A stretch of DNA of 18,950 nucleotides from a virus (Duplodnaviria > Heunggongvirae > Uroviricota > Caudoviricetes). The DNA lies in the IMG/VR virus record IMGVR_UViG_2778261447_000004, positions 1 to 18,950 of that record; one strand, given 5' to 3'. The position numbers and the translations under genes were made by a program. Shown piece after piece: positions 7,625-14,495 of the stretch; positions within the stretch are counted from its first letter, which is position 1; each line of letters opens with the position of its first letter. The notes beneath the pieces are model-generated. The model searched no databases and had not been told where the DNA came from. It saw nothing but the letters and a program-made list of their open reading frames with translations.

Positions 7625-7825
7625 ATGAATTACCAACTGGCAAAACTTTATCGTGGTAAACATTTCGCAGGGTATGGGATTGCAGTTAATGGTGAGTTAC
7701 TGGAAGGGCAGCTTTCCGCCAGGACAGAGTCACGTGGAGGCGAGCCACCAACAGTCACTGTGACTTTCAGACTGACAGCAGAACATATCGAGAATCAGCC
7801 CGTCATTCAACTGAACAGGGTGTGA
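7625..7825 (+). CDS. Hypothetical small protein (66 aa); weaker, possible third copy of the same domain
   Basis: ATG at 7625 with GGAGGA 9 nt upstream; a GTG at 7592 is the alternative start. AKLYRGKHFAGYGIAVNGELLEGQLSAR loosely aligns with AKLFNGRIPFRILQRGRVLAEGTFSGK of the preceding ORF. Confidence 0.5.
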   Translation: MNYQLAKLYRGKHFAGYGIAVNGELLEGQLSARTESRGGEPPTVTVTFRLTAEHIENQPVIQLNRV

Positions 7826-7832
7826 GGTATTT

Positions 7833-7961
7833 ATGCCATCACGAATCCCACGTGCCTGCCGTAAGCGTGGATGCGCAGGTACAATCACAGACAGTTCTGG
7901 TTACTGCGATAAACATCGTGTGCGACCGTGGTTGCTCGGTGTCTTTGTCAGGAGGTTTTGA
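7833..7961 (+). pseudogene. Short ORF (42 aa) resembling the N-terminal zinc-binding region of a phage HNH endonuclease; probable truncated remnant
   Basis: ATG at 7833 with GAGG 6 nt upstream. Product MPSRIPRACRKRGCAGTITDSSGYCDKHRVRPW... has the C-x3-GC ... GYC-x2-H pattern seen at the N-terminus of terminase-associated HNH endonucleases. Frame ends after 42 codons with TGA overlapping the ATG of the next ORF, where composition becomes AT-rich. Confidence 0.4.
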
Positions 7962-8821
7962 TGAAAGAGTTGCAAAAAATTAATTCAATAATGGAAAGGT
8001 TAAGTGCTCTTGAGCGTAAGCTGGACGATTGTGGAAAGCTGTGTGTTGAAAAGCAAAATGAGCTTTACCGGGAATTTTTTACAATCGTAAGTGAGCTGAT
8101 GCCAATTGTTAATAACTGCCTGATGACATCCAGATTTTTTAATGTCGATGCTACTACATCCAGAAAATTTTCTGTGAAAATTCAAGAAAGAGTTTCTGGT
8201 AGTGTGACAAGAGAGATGGCTGAACAGTTGGTGGCAATGAGCAATAAAACAAAAAGAAAAAAGGCATTGCTTGTAACAGCAAATCAGCTTTCAGGGCGCG
8301 TTGACTTTCAGGTCAGACAGGGTGGGCGTGTACTGGTAAATGATGCGTTCGTTGGACGTAGCTTTAGTCCTTACTCGATAAAATATGATGTTGATGCAGA
8401 TGATCAGGATATCAGCATTTCCTGGAAATCTGAGACAGCAGGGATTGTATTAACAGCAGAGTTGTTGAGTGATGATAAAAATGATGTCCAGCATCATTTG
8501 GACGAAAAGAATCATATTTCTGAAATTTGTATGAAGCCACGCAGCGGAATGACTTTATTGTCACGCACTCTTGCTGCTGGCTTTTCTGCACCGGAAAAAC
8601 GTGTGCTTCTGGTAGTGCCTGAAGATGCAGATATTCGACCACTGAATGGCTGTGATGTTATTAGTGCAAAAACATTGCATACCCGCGTCATTCCTGTACC
8701 GGATGTGGTCATTATTGATGATGTTGAGAAATGCAAGTCTGTTTCCTCAACTGCCACAATCAAGCGAATTTTACGTTGTAGCACGTCGGCTGTTGTATTC
8801 CGGAAGCAGTTACATAACTAA
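7961..8821 (+). CDS. Hypothetical protein (286 aa): N-terminal predicted helical region, central domain paralogous to the 68-aa ORF, unique C-terminal region
   Basis: ATG at 7961 with AGGAGG 5 nt upstream. Strongly AT-rich relative to the phage backbone. Internal domain homology described under 7389-7595. No family recognised. Confidence 0.65.
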   Translation: MKELQKINSIMERLSALERKLDDCGKLCVEKQNELYREFFTIVSELMPIVNNCLMTSRFFNVDATTSRKFSVKIQERVSGSVTREMAEQLVAMSNKTKRKKALLVTANQLSGRVDFQVRQGGRVLVNDAFVGRSFSPYSIKYDVDADDQDISISWKSETAGIVLTAELLSDDKNDVQHHLDEKNHISEICMKPRSGMTLLSRTLAAGFSAPEKRVLLVVPEDADIRPLNGCDVISAKTLHTRVIPVPDVVIIDDVEKCKSVSSTATIKRILRCSTSAVVFRKQLHN

Positions 8822-8944
8822 CCAGTTTTGTTTTGCAGAACATCCTCAACTAAAAGCTTATAGAAAGAGAGCCTGAGATATTTTTTCTGTCTCTCGTAGT
8901 TGTTTGTTTTTTTCGAACAGGCTTACAACTTACAGGATATAAAC

Positions 8945-9394
8945 ATGCAAGAAGAAGCAAATAAAATTCTTGTTGATTTATTGCAGAAGGCCAGCGATGG
9001 AATTGATTCCGCCATTGCATTCAGTCAGGCTCAGATTCCGGATGTTGTTCATCAGTTGCTGGTATGGAATATGGTTGATAGCCTGATTAAAACATTAATA
9101 GCCATTTCAACAATCCCTCTGGTTTTCTGGTTTATGAAGAAGCAGTGCCAAAGAGTTGAGACAGGTAAAATCGGTGATGAAGGATATTCATGGGAGAAGG
9201 GAAATCCCAAATACAGGCCGACAATGGTTTGGGATAGCAAAGGTGATATTAATCTTCTTATCGTGCCATTGGTTGGAGTTTTGACTATGTGGGGGATTTT
9301 TATTATTTGTGCAGTAACCAATATGACATGGTTAAAAATCTGGCTGGCACCTAAGTTATATCTAATCGAATACGCAGCATCACTAATTAAATAG
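8945..9394 (+). CDS. Hypothetical membrane protein with two predicted transmembrane helices (149 aa)
   Basis: ATG at 8945 with AGGA 7 nt upstream. Hydrophobic segments LIKTLIAISTIPLVFWFM and INLLIVPLVGVLTMWGIFIICAV. AT-rich. Followed by terminator-like hairpins. Confidence 0.6.
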   Translation: MQEEANKILVDLLQKASDGIDSAIAFSQAQIPDVVHQLLVWNMVDSLIKTLIAISTIPLVFWFMKKQCQRVETGKIGDEGYSWEKGNPKYRPTMVWDSKGDINLLIVPLVGVLTMWGIFIICAVTNMTWLKIWLAPKLYLIEYAASLIK

Positions 9395-9451
9395 TCCATT
9401 ACAAAAGCCATTCGCTACAGAGTGGCTTTGATAATGGCTTATGCCCTGTAC

Positions 9452-9477
9452 GGGATAACTTAACTGATATCCCTTTT
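9452..9477 (+). terminator. Putative rho-independent terminator closing the accessory cassette
   Basis: Stem GGGATA (9452-9457), 10-nt loop, stem TATCCC (9468-9473), then TTTT. A second weaker hairpin AAAGCCA...TGGCTTT lies at 9403-9428. Confidence 0.45.
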
Positions 9478-9688
9478 AACGGATAAAGGTATTCAAGCCT
9501 GACACATCATGCGCTGTATCGTCGCCGTATTCCCGTATTAACAGAGACCGTAGCCCGACGGGGAACTCCTCTGCGCGAGTGTGCGGGAATAATCAAAAAC
9601 GATGCACACCGGGTTTTACTGTGCTGACAGACGCAGGGTTACCCTCATAGTCGCTTTTCCGGTGCGATGGTGGAAGAAACCGGGATGT

Positions 9689-9883
9689 TTATTCATCATC
9701 TCTTTGGATTGATGTATATGCTCTCTTTTCTGACGTTAGTCTCCGACGGCAGGCTTCAATGACCCAGGCTGAGAAATTCCCGGACCCTTTTTGCTCAAGA
9801 GCGATGTTAATTTGTTCAATCATTTGGTTAGGAAAGCGGATGTTGCGGGTTGTTGTTCTGCGGGTTCTGTTCTTCGTTGACAT
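9689..9883 (-). CDS. Small ribbon-helix-helix-like DNA-binding protein (64 aa); resembles DUF3950/YlcI-type prophage proteins
   Basis: Product MSTKNRTRRTTTRNIRFPNQMIEQINIALEQKGSGNFSAWVIEACRRRL fits a ribbon-helix-helix pattern after a basic N-terminus. Only a weak ribosome-binding site. Family attribution is from memory. Confidence 0.5.
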   Translation of the reverse strand: MSTKNRTRRTTTRNIRFPNQMIEQINIALEQKGSGNFSAWVIEACRRRLTSEKRAYTSIQRDDE

Positions 9884-10031
9884 GAGGTTGCCCCGTATTC
9901 AGTGTCGCTGATTTGTATTGTCTGAAGTTGTTTTTACGTTAAGTTGATGCAGATCAATTAATACGATACCTGCGTCATAATTTATTATTTGACGTGGTTT
10001 GATGGCGTAGATGCACGTTGTGACATGTAGA

Positions 10032-10046
10032 TGATAATTATTATCA
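10032..10046. promoter_or_regulatory. Palindrome TGATAATTATTATCA matching the 7-1-7 Fur-box motif, about 35 bp upstream of cosN
   Basis: GATAAT-T-ATTATC is a perfect inverted repeat around a single central base (10033-10045). With flanking T and A it matches the Fur 7-1-7 consensus tGATAATnATTATCa. It could also be a chance AT-rich palindrome or a packaging-related site. Confidence 0.25.
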
Positions 10047-10081
10047 TTTTGCGGGTCCTTTCCGGCATGTGGACCGTTACG

Positions 10082-10093
10082 GGGCGTCGACCT
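10082..10093. other. cosN cohesive-end site (12-nt overhang), lambda-like
   Basis: GGGCGTCGACCT followed by CGCGGTTTTTCGCTATTTATGA matches the lambda left end GGGCGGCGACCTCGCGGGTTTTCGCTATTTATGA with one mismatch in the 12-mer. Preceded by GTTACG as at the lambda right end. Nu1 and A genes follow. Confidence 0.7.
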
Positions 10094-10309
10094 CGCGGTT
10101 TTTCGCTATTTATGAGATTTTTTGAGGGGGTGGTTGTTGTTTAATTGTTTGGTATATCTAATTGATAAGTAAGGTGAAAATAAAATAAATACAACAACCT
10201 TACGATGTGCTTTGATGTCATTAATGTGAAAAAATTAAATGATATCAAATGGTTTTGTAAAAACACATGGTTGTTGTATCGCTTTTTATCGATGACTTAT
10301 GGAGAGGAG

Positions 10310-10816
10310 ATGGCCTTTTTATTGAATAAAAGTGATATGGCCTCCTCCATCGGTATCTCTGTTCAGGCATTTGATAAATGGGGCGTTCCTCCTGTCGAGC
10401 GTCGGGGGAGGGAAGTTTTTTATGACGTTAAAACTGTACTGGAGATAGATCGCGAGCGGCGACAACACAATCATAGAACACCTGATGACGGGGGCGATCT
10501 GGAGGAAAGGCTGCTTCGGGCCAGAGCTGAACTGACAGAAGAACAGGCCGTAGCTCAAAAACTTAAAAATCAGGTAACCGAAGGTAAGCTCATCGATTCA
10601 GACTTCTGCGTTTTCGCCCTCAGCAAGCTGGCGATGGCATTGTCCAGTACGCTTGATTCTATTCCGTTATCCATGCAGCGACAGTTCCCGGATTTAACGC
10701 CACGTCATCTTGACCATCTGAAAACCCTTATTGCGAAGGGCGCAAATCAGTGTGCGCGGGCAGGGGATAAATTACCGGATTTGCTGGATGAATATATCAG
10801 AGCAACAACTGAATAA
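10310..10816 (+). CDS. nu1: Terminase small subunit Nu1
   Basis: ATG at 10310 with GGAGAGGAG upstream. Alignable to lambda Nu1: ALSKLAMALSSTLDSIPLSMQRQFPDLTPRHLDHLK versus VLSRIAGEIASILDGLPLSVQRRFPELENRHVDFLK. Stop overlaps the start of A as in lambda. Confidence 0.8.
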   Translation: MAFLLNKSDMASSIGISVQAFDKWGVPPVERRGREVFYDVKTVLEIDRERRQHNHRTPDDGGDLEERLLRARAELTEEQAVAQKLKNQVTEGKLIDSDFCVFALSKLAMALSSTLDSIPLSMQRQFPDLTPRHLDHLKTLIAKGANQCARAGDKLPDLLDEYIRATTE

Positions 10817-12716
10817 TCTGATGGCTGCCGTTTCGGTTGCGCTGCAGCCTCTGGTCAGGGTTGTACCGATGACGGCAGTTGAATGGGCTGACCAGTATTA
10901 TTATCTGCCGAAAGAATCCTCATACGGTGACGGCGAATGGAAAACGCTGCCGTTCCAGATCGCCATCATGAACAGTATGGGGAATGATCAGGTCCGCACT
11001 GTTAATCTGATTAAATCTGCCCGTATTGGTTATACAAAGATGTTGCTGGGGGTGGTCGGGTATTTTATTGAGCATAAATCCCGAAACAGTCTGCTTTTTC
11101 AGCCCACGGATTCTGCCGCTGAAGATTTTATGAAGTCTCACGTGGAGACGACGATTAGGGATGTGCCATGTCTGAAAGACCTTTCTCCATGGCTGGGGCG
11201 TAAACATCGTGACAATACTCTCACGCTGAAACGCTTTTCATCGGGTGTGGGCTTCTGGTGCCTGGGTGGTGCGGCAGCAAAAAACTACCGTGAAAAATCC
11301 GTGGACGTGGTCTGCTATGACGAACTCTCATCGTTTGAACCTGATGTTGAAAAAGAGGGCTCGCCAACCCTGCTGGGGGATAAGCGTATTGAGGGCTCTG
11401 TATGGCCAAAATCCATTCGCGGCTCGACGCCTAAAATCAAAGGCTCCTGCCAGATCGAAAAAGCCGCTAACGAGTCGGCACATTTCATGCGTTTTTATGT
11501 GCCCTGCCCGCACTGTGGGGAGGAGCAGTATCTGAAATTTGGCGATGAATCCACGCCTTTTGGCCTTAAATGGGAGAAGGACAGCCCCGAAAGCGTTTTC
11601 TACCTTTGTGAGCATCATGGCTGTGTGATCCATCAGTCTGAGCTTGACCAGAGTAACGGGCGGTGGATCTGTGAAAACACGGGCATGTGGACCCGTGACG
11701 GCCTGATGTTTTTCAGCGCCCGGGGTGATGAAATTCCGCCGCCGCGTTCCATCACTTTCCATATCTGGACGGCGTACAGTCCGTTCACCACCTGGGTACA
11801 GATTGTCTATGACTGGCTGGATGCACTGAAAGATCCCAACGGCCTGAAAACCTTTGTGAACACCACGCTGGGCGAGACCTGGGAAGAGGCCGTGGGCGAA
11901 AAACTCGATCACCAGGTACTGATGGATAAGGTTGTGCGTTACACGGCGGCGGTGCCTGCCCGGGTGGTTTATCTGACGGCGGGCATTGACTCGCAGCGAA
12001 ACCGTTTTGAGATGTATGTCTGGGGATGGGCTCCGGGAGAGGAAGCCTTTCTGGTGGATAAAATCATTATTATGGGGCGTCCCGATGAGGAAGAGACGCT
12101 GTTACGTGTGGATGCAGCGATCAACAAAAAATACTGCCATGCAGACGGAACCGAAATGACCATTTCCCGTGTCTGCTGGGACATCGGGGGGATCGATGGA
12201 GAAATCGTTTATCAGAGGTCAAAAAAACACGGTGTTTTCCGGGTGCTGCCGGTAAAAGGCGCATCTGTCTATGGCAAGCCGGTGATCACCATGCCAAAAA
12301 CCCGCAATCAGCGGGGCGTGTATCTGTGTGAAGTGGGGACAGACACCGCAAAAGAAATTCTCTATGCCCGTATGAAAGCCGCTCCCACGCCTGCGGATGA
12401 ATCCACGTCGTATGCCATCCGTTTTCCTGATGATCCGGAGATTTTTTCGCAGACAGAGGCGCAGCAACTGGTCGCGGAAGAGCTTGTGGAGAAGTGGGAA
12501 AAAGGAAAGATGCGTCTGCTGTGGGATAACAAAAAGCGGCGTAACGAAGCGCTGGACTGCCTGGTGTATGCCTACGCGGCATTACGTGTGTCCGTGCAAC
12601 GCTGGCAGCTTGATCTGGCTGTACTGGCAAAATCCCGGGAAGAAGAGACGACCCGGCCAACCCTTAAAGAACTGGCAGCGAAGCTGTCCGGAGGAGTGAA
12701 TGGTTACAGTCGCTGA
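10788..12716 (+). CDS. A: Terminase large subunit gpA (642 aa)
   Basis: Starts MNISEQQLNN (lambda MNISNSQVNR). Long collinear identity to lambda gpA including TAVEWAD, YYLPKES, MKRF..G.GFWCLGG and CPHCGEEQYLKFGD. Confidence 0.95.
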   Translation: MNISEQQLNNLMAAVSVALQPLVRVVPMTAVEWADQYYYLPKESSYGDGEWKTLPFQIAIMNSMGNDQVRTVNLIKSARIGYTKMLLGVVGYFIEHKSRNSLLFQPTDSAAEDFMKSHVETTIRDVPCLKDLSPWLGRKHRDNTLTLKRFSSGVGFWCLGGAAAKNYREKSVDVVCYDELSSFEPDVEKEGSPTLLGDKRIEGSVWPKSIRGSTPKIKGSCQIEKAANESAHFMRFYVPCPHCGEEQYLKFGDESTPFGLKWEKDSPESVFYLCEHHGCVIHQSELDQSNGRWICENTGMWTRDGLMFFSARGDEIPPPRSITFHIWTAYSPFTTWVQIVYDWLDALKDPNGLKTFVNTTLGETWEEAVGEKLDHQVLMDKVVRYTAAVPARVVYLTAGIDSQRNRFEMYVWGWAPGEEAFLVDKIIIMGRPDEEETLLRVDAAINKKYCHADGTEMTISRVCWDIGGIDGEIVYQRSKKHGVFRVLPVKGASVYGKPVITMPKTRNQRGVYLCEVGTDTAKEILYARMKAAPTPADESTSYAIRFPDDPEIFSQTEAQQLVAEELVEKWEKGKMRLLWDNKKRRNEALDCLVYAYAALRVSVQRWQLDLAVLAKSREEETTRPTLKELAAKLSGGVNGYSR

Positions 12717-12906
12717 ACTGCAGGCGCTGCGTCAGGCGCGCCTTGATTTATTAACCGGTAAACGGGTGGTGTCTGTCCAGAAAGATGGTCGCAGAATTGA
12801 ATATACGGCGGCTTCTCTGGATGAGCTTAACCGGGCGATCAATGATGCGGAGTCGGTACTGGGGACAACCCGACGTCGCCGTCGTCCGCTGGGAGTGAGG
12901 TTATGA
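12700..12906 (+). CDS. W: Head-tail joining protein gpW (68 aa)
   Basis: LLTGKRVVSVQKDGRRIEYTAAS matches lambda gpW [23 protein letters not shown]. Same length as lambda W; overlaps the end of A. Confidence 0.85.
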   Translation: MVTVAELQALRQARLDLLTGKRVVSVQKDGRRIEYTAASLDELNRAINDAESVLGTTRRRRRPLGVRL

Positions 12907-14495
12907 AAAGAACGCCTGTCCTGATTGATGTGAACGGCGTTCCGCTTCGTGAGAGTCTCAGCTACAACGGGGGCGGCGCAGGATTTGGCGGGCAAATGGA
13001 GGAGTGGTTGCCACCGGCGCAGAGTGCCGATGCGGCCCTGCTGCCCGCGTTGCGTCTGGGGAATGCCCGGGCAGATGATCTGGTGCGTAATAACGGAATA
13101 GCGGCTAATGCGGTGGCTCTGCATAAGGATCACATTGTCGGGCATATGTTTCTGATCAGCTACCGTCCGAACTGGCGCTGGCTGGGGATGCGGGAGACCG
13201 CAGCAAAAAGCTTTGTCGATGAGGTGGAGGCGGCCTGGTCGGAATACGCCGAAGGGATGTCTGGCGAGATCGACGTGGAAGGAAAACGCACGTTCACGGA
13301 ATTTATCCGTGAAGGTGTGGGCGTTCATGCGTTTAACGGCGAAATCTTTGTGCAGCCGGTCTGGGATGCGGAGACTACGCAGCTGTTTCGTACGCGTTTT
13401 AAAGCCGTGAGTCCGAAACGGGTGGACACGCCAGGATACGGTTTGGGGAACCGCTTTCTGCGGGCCGGGGTGGAGGTCGATCGGCATGGACGGGCCGTTG
13501 CGTACCATATCTGTGAGGATGATTTTCCGCTCTCTGGTAGTGGACGATGGGAACGGATCCCGCGTGAACTTCCCACCGGGCGTCCGGCCATGCTGCATAT
13601 TTTCGAGCCGGTTGAGGACGGGCAGACCCGTGGGGCTAATCAGTTTTACAGCGTCATGGAACGGCTGAAAATGCTCGATTCCCTGCAGGCAACACAGCTT
13701 CAGTCAGCCATAGTGAAGGCGATGTATGCAGCGACGATTGAAAGTGAACTTGATACCGAAAAGGCCTTTGAATATATCGCCGGTGCGCCGGAGGGGCAGA
13801 AGGATAATCCGCTTATTAATATTCTGGAGAAGTTCTCCAGCTGGTATGACACGAATAACGTGACACTGGGCGGTGTCAAAATTCCGCACCTTTTCCCCGG
13901 TGATGATCTGAAACTACAGACTGCGCAGGATTCAGACAATGGATTTTCTGCGCTTGAACAGGCGCTGCTGCGGTATATCGCCGCCGGTCTTGGCGTTTCC
14001 TACGAACAGTTGTCCCGTGATTACTCGAAGGTCAGTTATTCAAGTGCCCGCGCCTCCGCCAATGAGTCGTGGCGCTATTTTATGGGGCGGCGAAAATTTA
14101 TTGCGGCCCGGCTGGCCACGCAGATGTTTTCCTGCTGGCTGGAAGAGGCTCTTCTGCGGGGGATTATTCGTCCGCCACGGGCGCGTTTTGATTTTTATCA
14201 GGCGCGTTCATCCTGGTCACGGGCAGAGTGGATTGGAGCCGGAAGAATGGCCATTGACGGGCTCAAGGAGGTCCAGGAATCGGTGATGCGCATTGAGGCC
14301 GGACTGAGCACGTATGAGAAAGAGCTGGCGCTGATGGGTGAGGATTATCAGGACATTTTCCGCCAGCAGGTCAGGGAATCTGCAGAGCGGGAAAAAGCCG
14401 GACTCTCACGTCCGGTGTGGATAGCGCAGGCGTATCAGCAGCAGATAGCGGCGAGTCGCAGGCCGGAAGAGGAGACAACACCACGTGAGACGTAA
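12903..14495 (+). CDS. B: Portal protein gpB (530 aa)
   Basis: N-terminus MKRTPVLIDVNGVPLRESLSYNGGGAGFGGQM is essentially identical to lambda gpB as I recall it. ATGA overlap with W. Confidence 0.95.
   Translation: MKRTPVLIDVNGVPLRESLSYNGGGAGFGGQMEEWLPPAQSADAALLPALRLGNARADDLVRNNGIAANAVALHKDHIVGHMFLISYRPNWRWLGMRETAAKSFVDEVEAAWSEYAEGMSGEIDVEGKRTFTEFIREGVGVHAFNGEIFVQPVWDAETTQLFRTRFKAVSPKRVDTPGYGLGNRFLRAGVEVDRHGRAVAYHICEDDFPLSGSGRWERIPRELPTGRPAMLHIFEPVEDGQTRGANQFYSVMERLKMLDSLQATQLQSAIVKAMYAATIESELDTEKAFEYIAGAPEGQKDNPLINILEKFSSWYDTNNVTLGGVKIPHLFPGDDLKLQTAQDSDNGFSALEQALLRYIAAGLGVSYEQLSRDYSKVSYSSARASANESWRYFMGRRKFIAARLATQMFSCWLEEALLRGIIRPPRARFDFYQARSSWSRAEWIGAGRMAIDGLKEVQESVMRIEAGLSTYEKELALMGEDYQDIFRQQVRESAEREKAGLSRPVWIAQAYQQQIAASRRPEEETTPRET

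Noticed and set aside
7928-7960. Upstream extension of the 286-aa ORF (MVARCLCQEVL...), and similar N-terminal extensions of the terminase (10731), Nu1 (10205), holin (5417) and antitoxin (1184) ORFs
   Set aside because: Internal ATG or GTG codons with proper Shine-Dalgarno spacing and homology to known N-termini give better starts. The extensions overlap upstream genes.
8821-8944. Weak inverted repeat GAGAG...CTCTC with T-run between the 286-aa gene and the membrane protein gene
   Set aside because: Short stem and long loop; not convincing as a terminator. The genes are more likely cotranscribed.
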